DNA from: Lautropia sp.
Lineage (GTDB): Bacteria; Pseudomonadota; Gammaproteobacteria; Burkholderiales; Burkholderiaceae_E
Reading direction: 5' to 3'
Assembly: GCA_050249335.1 (NCBI GenBank)
Contig: JBFWQR010000007.1
Span: 20,943 to 84,942 of the forward strand
DNA length: 64,000 nucleotides
The notes under the pieces are model-generated. The model searched no databases. It had not been told where the DNA came from and saw only the letters and a list, made by a program, of their open reading frames with translations. The position numbers were made by a program, and so were the translations under genes. Shown here one piece after another: positions 19,538 through 29,419 of the stretch (within the stretch, counting starts at the first letter, position 1; each line of letters opens with the position of its first letter).

Positions 19538-20479
19538 ATGCTGGCCTACACCGCGAAGCGCCTGGCCGCGGCGGTCGTGATCATGTGGGCGGTCGCGACG
19601 CTGGTCTTCTTCGCGATGCGGCTGGTGCCCGCCGATCCCGCCGAGGTCGTGCTCGGCGAATACGCGACCCAGGAGGCGATGCAGGCGTTTCGCCGCAGCG
19701 CCGGCCTCGACCGGCCGCTCGCCGAGCAGTACCTGACGTTCATGGAGGGCCTGCTGCGCGGCGACCTGGGGCGCTCGCTGATCACCAACCAGCCGGTCGC
19801 CGACCAGATCGCGAAACTGTTCCCGTACACGCTCGAGCTCGCGCTCGCATCGCTGTTCGTCGGCGCCGCGATCGGCATCCCGCTCGGCGTGCTGACCGCC
19901 GCGCATCGCGACACCTGGATCGACTATCTCGGGCGCCTGTTCGCGCTCTCCGGCTTCTCGTTTCCGGCGTTCTACCTCGGCATCCTGCTGCTGCTGCTGT
20001 TCTCGCTGCAGCTCGAGTGGCTGCCGGTCGTGCACAGCTTCCAGACCGACGAATGGGGCGAGCGCCTGCAGAAGCTGATCCTGCCGGCCGGTAGCCTCGG
20101 CATCATCCAGGCTGCCTACATCACGCGCCTGACCCGATCGTCGATGCTGGAGCAGATGGGCGCCGACTATGTCCGGACCGCCCGGTCCAAAGGCCTGTCG
20201 GAGGCACGCGTGCAGTACAAGCACGTGCTGCGCAACGTGCTGATCCCGGTGGTCACGGCAATGGGTCTCTACACCGGCACGATCCTCGGCGGTGCCGTGC
20301 TGACCGAGACCGTCTTCAATCGCCCCGGCATCGGCAAGCTGCTGATCGGCGCGATCGCGCAGCGCGACTACAACCTGATCCAGTCGGGTCTGATGATCTT
20401 CGCGTTCGTCGTCGTGCTGATCAACCTGCTGGTCGACCTGAGCTATTCGCTGATCGATCCGCGCGTCAAGTATGAGTAG
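19538..20479 (+). CDS. Peptide ABC permease (DppB/OppB-like)
   Basis: RGDLGRS, EAA loop DYVRTARSKGL, ETVFNRPGIG. Confidence 0.93.
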   Translation: MLAYTAKRLAAAVVIMWAVATLVFFAMRLVPADPAEVVLGEYATQEAMQAFRRSAGLDRPLAEQYLTFMEGLLRGDLGRSLITNQPVADQIAKLFPYTLELALASLFVGAAIGIPLGVLTAAHRDTWIDYLGRLFALSGFSFPAFYLGILLLLLFSLQLEWLPVVHSFQTDEWGERLQKLILPAGSLGIIQAAYITRLTRSSMLEQMGADYVRTARSKGLSEARVQYKHVLRNVLIPVVTAMGLYTGTILGGAVLTETVFNRPGIGKLLIGAIAQRDYNLIQSGLMIFAFVVVLINLLVDLSYSLIDPRVKYE

Positions 20480-21380
20480 CTCGTCATTGTCGGCCGCCGT
20501 GCCTGCGGCCGGCACCTCGCTCTGGAGCACCGCGATCTGGCCGCGCATCCGGCGCGATCGCGGCGCGCTGCTCGCGCTCGGCTTCATCCTGCTGCTGGCG
20601 TCGATCGCGGTGTTCGCGCCGTGGATCGCACCGTTCGATCCGGTGGCCCAGGACATCGCCAATTCTTTCTCCGGCCCGAGCCGGGAGCACTGGTTCGGCA
20701 CCGACGAGTACGGCCGGGACGTGCTCAGCCGCATCATCCACGGCGCCCGGCCGGCGCTCTCGGTCGGGATCCTGTCCGTGCTGTTTGCGCTGGTGATCGG
20801 CATTCCGATCGGCATCGTCGCCGGCTTGCGGCTCGGCTGGTTCGACCGCGCCGTCGGCTGGGCGGTCGACATCATGCTCGCCTTCCCGTCGCTGCTGCTC
20901 GCGCTGCTGATCGTCACGCTGCTCGGCTCGAGCCTGCCGATGCTGATCCTGGCGATCGGCATCTCGAACGTGCCGCTGTTCATCCGCCTGGCACGCGGCT
21001 CGACGCTGGTGGTCCGCGGCCTGGAGTACGTCCAGATGGCCCGCGCCTTCGGCGCGTCGGAACTGCGGATCGTGATCCGGCACGTCCTGCCCAACATCGT
21101 CGGGCCGATCATCGTGATGAGCACCCTGAGCGTCGCGGGCGCGGTTCGCGAGGAGGCGAGCCTGAGCTTCCTGGGGCTCGGCGTGCGGCCGCCGCAGCCG
21201 AGCTGGGGCAACCTGATCCAGGACGGCATCAGCAACCTGTTCGACGCCCCCGGCCTGGCGGTCTTGCCCGGGCTGATCCTGACACTGGCGGTGCTGGCCT
21301 TCAACGTCGTCGGCGACGTGCTGCGCGACGTGCTCGACCCGAACGACATGACGCGCCGGAAGCCGGCGGGCAGGTCGTGA
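20472..21380 (+). CDS. Peptide ABC permease (DppC/OppC-like)
   Basis: HWFGTDEYGRDVLSR, EYVQMARAFGAS, LSFLGLGVRPPQPSWG. Confidence 0.93.
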   Translation: MSSSSLSAAVPAAGTSLWSTAIWPRIRRDRGALLALGFILLLASIAVFAPWIAPFDPVAQDIANSFSGPSREHWFGTDEYGRDVLSRIIHGARPALSVGILSVLFALVIGIPIGIVAGLRLGWFDRAVGWAVDIMLAFPSLLLALLIVTLLGSSLPMLILAIGISNVPLFIRLARGSTLVVRGLEYVQMARAFGASELRIVIRHVLPNIVGPIIVMSTLSVAGAVREEASLSFLGLGVRPPQPSWGNLIQDGISNLFDAPGLAVLPGLILTLAVLAFNVVGDVLRDVLDPNDMTRRKPAGRS

Positions 21381-22411
21381 GCCGCCAGATTGCCGGCGCC
21401 GCCGCTGCCGCCGGATCCGCCGGCAGCGGCGAGCCGCTGCTGAGCGTCGAAGGCGTCCGGCTGGGCTTCGATACACCGCAGGGCAGCCTCGTCGTCGTCG
21501 ACGAGGTGAGTTTCACGGTGGCCGCCGCCGAGACGCTCGCGATCGTCGGCGAATCGGGTTGCGGCAAGAGCGTGACAGCGATGTCGATCCTGCGGTTGAC
21601 GCCGGCACGATTCCTCGCCGGACGGGTGCAGTTCGATGGCCGCAACCTCGCAACGCTCGACCTCGGCGCCCTGCGCCGGGTCCGCGGCGGCGAGATCGGC
21701 TACATCTTCCAGGAGCCGATGACCTCGCTGAATCCGGTCTTCACGGTCGGCGATCAGATCGTCGAGCCGCTGATTCAGCATCGCGGCCTGACGCGGCGGC
21801 AGGCGCTGCGCGAAGCCGTCGAGCTGCTGGCGATGGTCAACATTCCGTCGCCGTCGGCACGCGTGCACGAATATCCGCACCAGCTCTCCGGCGGCATGCG
21901 GCAGCGCGTGATGATCGCGATCGCGATCTCGTGCCGGCCCCGGCTGCTGATCGCCGACGAGCCGACCACCGCGCTGGACGTCACCGTCCAGGCCCAGATC
22001 CTCGAGCTGCTGCGGCGGCTGCAGCGCGAGCTCGGCATGGGCATCATCCTGATCACCCACGACATGGGCGTCGTGTCCGAATTCTCGGACCGCGTCGTGG
22101 TCATGTATGCCGGACGGATCGCCGAGGTGAGCCGGACCTCCGACCTGTTCGAGGCACCCGGCCACCCGTACACGCAGGCGCTGCTCGACAGCATCCCGCC
22201 GATCGATCGCGAGGTCGAGCGGCTGCATGCACTGGCCGGCGTCGTGCCGTCACCCGACCGCATGCCGGCGGGCTGCCGCTTCTTCGACCGCTGCGCCCAT
22301 GCCGCACCGCCGTGTCGCGAAGCCCCGGCGCGGCCGCAGCAGCGTGCCGGCGGCCGCTCGACCGCCTGCGTCCGTGCCCTCGACGGATCGCTGCAGCGGG
22401 AAACGGCCTGA
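21377..22411 (+). CDS. Peptide ABC ATP-binding protein (DppD-like)
   Basis: [23 protein letters not shown]; GTG start overlapping previous stop. Confidence 0.92.
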   Translation: MSRQIAGAAAAAGSAGSGEPLLSVEGVRLGFDTPQGSLVVVDEVSFTVAAAETLAIVGESGCGKSVTAMSILRLTPARFLAGRVQFDGRNLATLDLGALRRVRGGEIGYIFQEPMTSLNPVFTVGDQIVEPLIQHRGLTRRQALREAVELLAMVNIPSPSARVHEYPHQLSGGMRQRVMIAIAISCRPRLLIADEPTTALDVTVQAQILELLRRLQRELGMGIILITHDMGVVSEFSDRVVVMYAGRIAEVSRTSDLFEAPGHPYTQALLDSIPPIDREVERLHALAGVVPSPDRMPAGCRFFDRCAHAAPPCREAPARPQQRAGGRSTACVRALDGSLQRETA

Positions 22412-22427
22412 TGACGGAGACCGCCGG

Positions 22428-23468
22428 ATGACCGAGCTGCAGCGCCGCACATCGGGCAGCGATGCCGACCGGCTGCCGCCGCTGATGGAGGCACGGGGCC
22501 TGGCGATGCACTTCCGGGGACCGCCGGCCGGCCTGTTGCGCCGCCGCCGGCCGGTCCGCTCGGTCGACGGCATCGATCTGCGGATCGCGTGCGGCAGCAC
22601 CGTGGGGCTGGTCGGCGAGAGCGGCTGCGGCAAGTCCACGACCGCCCGGCTGCTGATGCGATTGCTGCAGCCGACCGCCGGGCAGATCCTGCTCGACGGG
22701 CGCGACATCACCCGGCTCAGCCAGGCAAAGCTCCGGCCGCTGCGGCCGGCATTCCAGATGATCGCGCAGGATCCCTTCAGCTCGCTCAATCCGCGGATGC
22801 GGGTCAGCCGGATCATCGCCGAGCCGCTGGAGATCGCGGGGCTCGCGGCCGCCGAGCGGCGGCCGCGCATCCAGCAGGCGCTGGCGCGCGTCAGCCTGAC
22901 GGCGCAGCACGGCGAACGCTATCCGCACGAGTTCTCGGGCGGGCAGCGACAGCGGATCGCGATCGCCCGCGCGCTGGTGCTGCAGCCGCGGCTGCTGATC
23001 TGCGACGAGCCGGTCTCCGCGCTCGACGTGTCGGTGCAGGCCCAGATCATCAATCTGCTCCAGGACCTGCAGCGTGACGCCGGCCTGACCTATCTGTTCG
23101 TGAGCCACGATCTCGGCGTCGTCAAGCACATCGCCACCGAGGTCGCGGTGATGTACCTGGGCCGGATCGTCGAGCACGGGCCGAAGCGGGCGCTGTTCGC
23201 GCGGCCGCGGCACCCGTACACGCACGCCCTGCTGTCGGCGATCCCGCGCGTGGGCGCCCGTCGGAGCGAACGGATCGTGCTGCAGGGTGATCTGCCGAGC
23301 CCGATCGATCCGCCGGCGGGCTGCCGCTTCCATACCCGCTGTCCCCGGGCGCGCAGCGAATGCCGCGGCGAGGAGCCCGCGCTGCGTGTCGTCGACGCGG
23401 ACCCGGCCGATGCGAACCCGGCCGATGCCGACCCGGCGCACCGGGTCGCCTGTCACTTCCCGCTTTGA
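22428..23468 (+). CDS. Peptide ABC ATP-binding protein (DppF-like)
   Basis: [35 protein letters not shown]; DADPA repeats near C-terminus. Confidence 0.92.
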   Translation: MTELQRRTSGSDADRLPPLMEARGLAMHFRGPPAGLLRRRRPVRSVDGIDLRIACGSTVGLVGESGCGKSTTARLLMRLLQPTAGQILLDGRDITRLSQAKLRPLRPAFQMIAQDPFSSLNPRMRVSRIIAEPLEIAGLAAAERRPRIQQALARVSLTAQHGERYPHEFSGGQRQRIAIARALVLQPRLLICDEPVSALDVSVQAQIINLLQDLQRDAGLTYLFVSHDLGVVKHIATEVAVMYLGRIVEHGPKRALFARPRHPYTHALLSAIPRVGARRSERIVLQGDLPSPIDPPAGCRFHTRCPRARSECRGEEPALRVVDADPADANPADADPAHRVACHFPL

Positions 23469-23485
23469 AACTTTGATGCAATCGG

Positions 23486-24991
23486 ATGGATCCGACCATG
23501 AGCAACCAGTCCCGGCGCGCTCGCGTGGCGCTCGCAGGCTTCCAACTCGAGTCCGTCAGCTTCCTGCCGCTCAGTTGCGAGCTGGCTGATTTCGAGCGGG
23601 CGGCGCTGCGCGGCGAGGCCATCCTGACCGCGCTGCGCGGCACCAACACCGCGCCTGGCGGCATCATCGAGGTCTGCGAGCGCGAAGGCCTGGAGATCTT
23701 CCCGGTGCTGCAGACCAGCTGCGGCGCGGCCGGCCCCGGCACCGACGAAGCGATCGCTACGCTGACCCGCGAGATCGTCGACGCGATCGCGGCGGAACGC
23801 GACCGGCTCGACGGCGTGCTGCTGTTCCTGCACGGCGCCTGCTGGTCGCCCGGCTACCTGGACCCGGAGCGCCATGTCATCGACGAGGTGCGCCGGGTGC
23901 TCGGTCCGGACAAGCCGCTGATGGTCGCGCTCGACTACCACGGCAATCTCGACGCCCGGACACTGGCCGGCGCCGACGGTGCATTCGGCTATCGCAAGTC
24001 ACCGCATACCGATGCCGGCGAGACCGGCCGGCGCACGGCCGACTGCATGGTGCGCACGTTGCGCGGAGAGATCAGGCCCCGCATCCATCTGAAGAAGCCC
24101 GGCGTCCTGGTACCGAGCATCTTCAGCGCAACCGACCTGAAGCCGCTATCCGACCTGATCGCGGAGGCGGCGAGGATGCAGGCGACCAGCCCGGCCTATG
24201 TAGACTTCACGATCATGGCGGGCTTCTCCTACACCGATGCGCCGAACACCGGATTCAGCGTGCTGGCCACCGCCGACCACGGCCACCCGGAGGTCGCGGC
24301 GCAGGTGCAGCAGCTGTCCGACCGGATTCACGGCCAGCGCCACGCGCTCTATCGTCCGTTGCCGGTCTACACGGTCGATCAGGCGCTGGACCGGGTGCGC
24401 GCGATACCGCCGGTGCCCGGCCGTCCGCTGATCCTGCTCGAGCACGCCGACCGGGTCAACGACTCCACCTATGTGCTGGCCGGCCTGCTCGAGCGCGGCC
24501 TGCGCCGGGCGACCGTGCCGCTGCTGTGGGATGCCGAGGCGGCGCGGATCGCCGCCCGGGCCGGCGCCGGACAGACGGTGCGGATGCGACTGGGCGCCCA
24601 CAGCTCGGACCGTGCCGGCCCGCGGCTGGATGTCGAAGCCACGGTGCTGGAGGTCGGCGAACGTCACTTCCTGAACACCGGCAGCTACATGCAGGGGCTG
24701 CGGGTCGATCTGGGCCTGACGGCGCTGGTCGAGATCGCCGGCATCCAGGTCAGCATCACCTCCGAGTCCCACACCGCGGTCAACGGCGATCCGTTCTATC
24801 TGTTCGGCCGGAAGCCCGAGGACTTCGAGATCATCGTGCTGCGCTCCAAGACCCATTTCCGTCATTTCTACGAGCCGATCGCCAGCGAGATCCTGATCGT
24901 CGACACGCCCGACCACGGCCCCGCGGACCTGACCACGCTGCCGTTCCGGCACCTCGACACCGGCGCGGCGTATCCGTTCACGGATTCCTGA
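23486..24991 (+). CDS. M81 family metallopeptidase (MlrC-like)
   Basis: LFLHGA, LDYHGN, YRKSPHTD, IVLRSKTHFR motifs typical of the MlrC family. Confidence 0.85.
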   Translation: MDPTMSNQSRRARVALAGFQLESVSFLPLSCELADFERAALRGEAILTALRGTNTAPGGIIEVCEREGLEIFPVLQTSCGAAGPGTDEAIATLTREIVDAIAAERDRLDGVLLFLHGACWSPGYLDPERHVIDEVRRVLGPDKPLMVALDYHGNLDARTLAGADGAFGYRKSPHTDAGETGRRTADCMVRTLRGEIRPRIHLKKPGVLVPSIFSATDLKPLSDLIAEAARMQATSPAYVDFTIMAGFSYTDAPNTGFSVLATADHGHPEVAAQVQQLSDRIHGQRHALYRPLPVYTVDQALDRVRAIPPVPGRPLILLEHADRVNDSTYVLAGLLERGLRRATVPLLWDAEAARIAARAGAGQTVRMRLGAHSSDRAGPRLDVEATVLEVGERHFLNTGSYMQGLRVDLGLTALVEIAGIQVSITSESHTAVNGDPFYLFGRKPEDFEIIVLRSKTHFRHFYEPIASEILIVDTPDHGPADLTTLPFRHLDTGAAYPFTDS

Positions 24992-25001
24992 AGGCCGGCC
25001 C

Positions 25002-26306
25002 GTGGATTCCACCCCCGATCTCGCGGCGGTGCTGCCGGAAGCGGCGGCACTCGGCGCGCGGCTGTTCGACGATCTGCTGGCCGCGACCCGGGACCCCGCC
25101 GGCGGCGTCACCCGCGCCTCCTACGGCGAAGGTGAACAGGCCGCCCACGCGATCGTGGCACGGCAGGCCCGCGCGATGGCGCTGGAGGTGAGCCAGGACG
25201 CCGCGCTCAATACCTACCTGACCTGGCCCGGCGCCGATCGATCGGCGCCGCGCCTGGTGATCGGATCGCATCTCGATTCGGTCCGCTGCGGCGGCAACTT
25301 CGACGGCGCCGCCGGCGTCGTCGCGGGCCTGTCGGCGGTGCGGCTGCTGCAGCAGTCGGGCTGGCGACCCCCTGCCGACGTGACGGTCATGGGCGTGCGC
25401 GCCGAGGAAAGCGCCTGGTTCCAGACTTCGTACATCGGCAGCCGCGCCGCCCTCGGCCGCCTCGGCACCGCGGCGCTGCAGGCCCGCCGGGTCGATACCG
25501 GCCGGACGCTGGCCGAACATCTGCGTGAATGCGGCGGCGAGCCCGACCGCCTGCACGGGCGACCGCCGCACCTGCATCCGGGCAATGTCTGCGCCTATCT
25601 CGAGGTCCATATCGAGCAGGCGCCCGCGCTCGTGCATGCCGGCCGGCCCCTGGCCGTCGGCGCCGGTATCCCGGGCAATTTCCGCCACCCGTGGGTGCGG
25701 ATCGTCGGCGAGACCGCGCATGTCGGCCTGGCGCGGCGCTATCGCAGCGATGCCCTGGTCGCGGCCTGCGCCCTGATCGCGGAGCTCGATGCGCTGTGGG
25801 CGCGCTGGGAGGCGGCCGGCCGCGCGATGGCCTTCACGGTGGGGCGGCTGCACACCGATGCCGGCAACGACGCGATGACCAAGGTCGCCGGCGAGGTCGG
25901 CTTGAGCCTCGACATGCGCGCCTGGGATCCAGCCGATCTCGACGAACTGGAGCACGAACTCTCGGTCATCGCCCGGGCCGTGTCGGAGCGCTACCGGGTC
26001 CGCTTCGAATGGGGCGAACGGACGACCGCGCCGGTCGCCCGCTGCGCGCCGGCGATTCAGGCCGAGCTGCGCGACTGCACCCGGCGGACCGGCGCGGCCG
26101 GCCCCGACCTGCCGAGCCCCGCCTCGCACGACGCCGCCGAGTTCGCCGCGGCCGGGATTCCGATGGGCCTGCTGCTGATCCGCAACGAACACGGCAGCCA
26201 CAACCCGGCGGAGAGCCTGGCACCATCCGATTTCCAGCACGCCGTGCAGGTACTGACCCTGTGGCTGATGCACACGCGCTGCTGGACCAACTGGAGTTCC
26301 CCGTGA
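25002..26306 (+). CDS. M20 family Zn hydrolase (N-carbamoyl-amino acid/allantoate amidohydrolase-like)
   Basis: GSHLDSV..GGNFDGAAG, RAEES, EVHIEQ, ASHDA. Confidence 0.9.
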   Translation: MDSTPDLAAVLPEAAALGARLFDDLLAATRDPAGGVTRASYGEGEQAAHAIVARQARAMALEVSQDAALNTYLTWPGADRSAPRLVIGSHLDSVRCGGNFDGAAGVVAGLSAVRLLQQSGWRPPADVTVMGVRAEESAWFQTSYIGSRAALGRLGTAALQARRVDTGRTLAEHLRECGGEPDRLHGRPPHLHPGNVCAYLEVHIEQAPALVHAGRPLAVGAGIPGNFRHPWVRIVGETAHVGLARRYRSDALVAACALIAELDALWARWEAAGRAMAFTVGRLHTDAGNDAMTKVAGEVGLSLDMRAWDPADLDELEHELSVIARAVSERYRVRFEWGERTTAPVARCAPAIQAELRDCTRRTGAAGPDLPSPASHDAAEFAAAGIPMGLLLIRNEHGSHNPAESLAPSDFQHAVQVLTLWLMHTRCWTNWSSP

Positions 26307-27643
26307 CCCACATCGTTCACCGCAGTCTCAAGAATCGCCCACCCGTCGCCCGCCGTGCCGAAGGCGTCTACATCTACGACGAAACCGGCAAGCAGTACCT
26401 GGACGCCTGCGGCGGTGCCGCGGTCTCCTGCCTCGGTCACGGGCATCCGGACGTCGTCGAGGCCATGACCAGCCAGCTCCGGACGCTCGCCTACGCCCAT
26501 ACCGGCTTCTTCACCTCCGACGTGGCGGAAGAGCTCGCCGACCAGCTGGTCGCGAATGCGCCGAGCGGCCTCGACCACGTCTATTTCGTCTCCGGAGGCT
26601 CCGAGGCGATGGAAGCCGCGCTCAAGCTCGCGCGGCAGTACTTCGTGGAGATCGGGCAGCCGCAACGCACCACGTTCATCGCGCGCCGCCAGAGCTACCA
26701 CGGCAACACGCTCGGTGCGCTGGCGGTGGGCGGCAACGAAGCGCGGCGCCGGCAGTTCGCGCCGCTGCTGATCGAGACCGGCCGGGTTTCCGCGTGCTTC
26801 GAGTATCGCGGTCGCGCGGACGGCGAATCCCAGGCGCAGTACACGCAGCGGCTGCTCCGGGAGCTGGAAGACAAGGTGCTCGAGATCGGGCCGGACAAGG
26901 TCATCGGCTTCTGCGCCGAGACGGTCGTCGGGGCGACGACCGGCGCCGTGCCGCCGACTCCGGGCTACCTGAAGGGCGTGCGCGAGATCTGCGATCGCTA
27001 CGGCATGCTCTACATCGCCGACGAAGTCATGTGCGGCATGGGGCGCACCGGCACGCTGCACGCCGTCGAGCAGGAAGACGTCGTGCCCGACCTGCTCGCG
27101 ATCGCCAAGGGGCTGGGCGGCGGCTACCAGCCGATCGGCGCGCTGCTGATCGCCGGCCGGATGGTCGACTCGTTGCGGCGCGGCAGCGGACTCTTCCAGC
27201 ACGGCCACACCTACCTCGGGCATCCGACCGCGTGCGCCGCGGCGCTGGCGGTCCAGAAGGTCATCCAGCGCGACCGGCTGCTGCCGCAGGTGCGCGCGCG
27301 CGGCGACTACCTGCGCAACGCGCTCGAACGCCGATTCGGCGAGCATCCCCATGTCGGCGACATCCGCGGCCGCGGCCTCTTCCTCGGCGTCGAGCTGGTG
27401 CAGGACCGCGCGAGCAAGAAGCCGTTCGAGCCCGGCCTGCAGCTGCACGCCCGCCTGAAGGCGCGCGCGATGGCCAATGGCCTGATGATCTACCCGATGG
27501 GCGGCACCATCGACGGCCAGGCCGGCGATCATTTCCTGATCGCGCCGCCGTTCATCGTCACGCCGGAGCAGCTCGACGAGGCCGTCGAGCGGCTGACGCG
27601 TTCGCTCGACGAGGCGCTGCAGTCGCTGCCGGCGCATGCCTGA
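26303..27643 (+). CDS. Class III PLP-dependent aminotransferase (paralog of 2751..4091)
   Basis: YLDACGG, SGGSEA, SYHGNT, ADEVMCGMGRTG, IAKGLGGGY; GTGA overlap. Confidence 0.93.
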   Translation: MTHIVHRSLKNRPPVARRAEGVYIYDETGKQYLDACGGAAVSCLGHGHPDVVEAMTSQLRTLAYAHTGFFTSDVAEELADQLVANAPSGLDHVYFVSGGSEAMEAALKLARQYFVEIGQPQRTTFIARRQSYHGNTLGALAVGGNEARRRQFAPLLIETGRVSACFEYRGRADGESQAQYTQRLLRELEDKVLEIGPDKVIGFCAETVVGATTGAVPPTPGYLKGVREICDRYGMLYIADEVMCGMGRTGTLHAVEQEDVVPDLLAIAKGLGGGYQPIGALLIAGRMVDSLRRGSGLFQHGHTYLGHPTACAAALAVQKVIQRDRLLPQVRARGDYLRNALERRFGEHPHVGDIRGRGLFLGVELVQDRASKKPFEPGLQLHARLKARAMANGLMIYPMGGTIDGQAGDHFLIAPPFIVTPEQLDEAVERLTRSLDEALQSLPAHA

Positions 27644-27682
27644 CCGGCGCCGGCGGCCGTACCGCCCGCTACCGGCAGGCGG

Positions 27683-28279
27683 TCAGCGCATCGCCGCGAC
27701 GCGGCGCTGGCGCAGCGCGAACCCGATCCGGACGCCGAGCAGGAGCAGCACGGCAGCCGCGAACCAGGCCGGCTCGGCCAGGTCGTTCTTGTCCGACTTC
27801 AGCCACCAGAAGTGCAGCACGCCGAGGGCGGCGATCGGATAGACCAGCTTGTGCAGCGTCGCCCAGCGCCGGCCGAGCCGCTTCATCATCCGGCTGGTCG
27901 AGGTCGCCGCCAACGGGATCAGCAGCAGGAACGCCGCGAAGCCGGCCGTGATGAACGGCCGCTTCACGATGTCCTTCAGGATCTCGTCGATCGCGAAGCC
28001 CTGATCGAACCAGGCATAGGTGACGAAGTGGGCGAACGCGTAGAAGAACGCATAGAGGCCCAGCATCCGGCGCAGCCGCGCCACCGCGGTCCAGCCGGCG
28101 AGCCGGCGCAGCGGCGTCACCGTCAGCGTCAGACAGAGGAACGTCAGCGCCCACCAGCCGGTCGAATGGGTGACGAACTCGACCGGATTGGCCCCGAGCC
28201 GGCCGTGATATCCGAGCACGAACAGCCGGACGAACGGCACCAGCGACAACAGGAAAACGACCGGCTTCAGCCAGCGCAT
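27683..28279 (-). CDS. msrQ: Methionine sulfoxide reductase heme subunit MsrQ
   Basis: LRRMLGLYAF, KRPFIT, LHKLVY; follows msrP. Confidence 0.92.
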   Translation of the reverse strand: MRWLKPVVFLLSLVPFVRLFVLGYHGRLGANPVEFVTHSTGWWALTFLCLTLTVTPLRRLAGWTAVARLRRMLGLYAFFYAFAHFVTYAWFDQGFAIDEILKDIVKRPFITAGFAAFLLLIPLAATSTSRMMKRLGRRWATLHKLVYPIAALGVLHFWWLKSDKNDLAEPAWFAAAVLLLLGVRIGFALRQRRVAAMR

Positions 28280-28310
28280 CGCGGCCCCCCGGCCCCGGCC
28301 GCAGCGGCGC

Positions 28311-29294
28311 TCAGAAGTATTTGCGCAGATCCATCCCGGCGTAGAGTCGCGCCACCTGCTCGCCGTAGCCGTTGAACGGCAGCGTCCTGCGCTTGCGCGC
28401 GAAGAAGCCGTCCTCGCCGATGCGCCGTTCGGTCGCCTGCGACCAGCGCGGATGATCGACGTCGGGGTTGACGTTCGAGTAGAAACCGTACTCGGTCGGG
28501 CCCGCGCGCACCCAGCTCGGCACCGGCTGCTTCTCGGTGAAGCGGATCCTGACGATCGACTTGCCCGACTTGAAGCCGTACTTCCACGGCACCACCATCC
28601 GCACCGGCGCGCCGTTCTGGGTCGGCAGCACGTTGCCGTACAGACCGAAGCCGAGCAGCGTCAGCGGATGCATTGCCTCGTCGAGCCGCAGCGCTTCGAC
28701 ATAGGGCCAGTCGAGCACGCCCGAACGCAGCCCGGGCATCTGCTTCGGGTCGCCGAGCGTGACGAACTCGACGAACTTGGCATTGCCGGTCGGCTGCACC
28801 TGGTCGATCAGCGCCGACAGCGAATAGCCGATCCACGGAATCACCATCGACCAGCCTTCGACGCAGCGCATCCGGTAGATCCGGTCTTCCATCGGCGCGA
28901 GCTTCAGCAGTTCGTCGATGTCGTAGGTCTTCGGTCTGGCGATCTCGCCTTCGACCGCGACGGTCCAGGGCCGCGTCGCCAGCGTGCCGGCATAGCGCGC
29001 CGGATCGTCCTTTTCGGTGCCGAATTCGTAGAAGTTGTTGTAGGAGGTGATGTCCTCGTAGCTGGTCGCCTTCTCCATCGTCGACAGCGGACTCATCGTC
29101 GCGGGCAGCTTGGCGAGCCGATCGCGCGCGGGCGGCTTCCGGCTCTGCGCACACAGCGCCGCCGGCAACCCGAGCCCGGCGCTGCCGGCGGCGAAGCCTG
29201 CCGCGGCGAGCAGCGACCGGCGGCGGCGGTAGACCCGCTGCGGCGTCACCTCCGAGGCGGCCGGCTCCGAGCCATCGCGAATCCTGATCAGCAT
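28311..29294 (-). CDS. msrP: Methionine sulfoxide reductase catalytic subunit MsrP
   Basis: Tat RR signal; [36 protein letters not shown]. Confidence 0.95.
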   Translation of the reverse strand: MLIRIRDGSEPAASEVTPQRVYRRRRSLLAAAGFAAGSAGLGLPAALCAQSRKPPARDRLAKLPATMSPLSTMEKATSYEDITSYNNFYEFGTEKDDPARYAGTLATRPWTVAVEGEIARPKTYDIDELLKLAPMEDRIYRMRCVEGWSMVIPWIGYSLSALIDQVQPTGNAKFVEFVTLGDPKQMPGLRSGVLDWPYVEALRLDEAMHPLTLLGFGLYGNVLPTQNGAPVRMVVPWKYGFKSGKSIVRIRFTEKQPVPSWVRAGPTEYGFYSNVNPDVDHPRWSQATERRIGEDGFFARKRRTLPFNGYGEQVARLYAGMDLRKYF

Positions 29295-29419
29295 CGTCTC
29301 GACCCCCGCTTGCGATCCGCCATGACCGATGGTAGTCGATCGGAGGCAGCCGCTGGACCGGATTCAGCGGCGCTGCCGGGGGCGTGAGTCCGGCTTGGGA
29401 CGGCCGGCGCCGGACTGAA

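Noticed and set aside
17510-22228. 1572-aa minus-strand ORF
   Set aside because: Antisense shadow of the peptide ABC operon; same reasoning.
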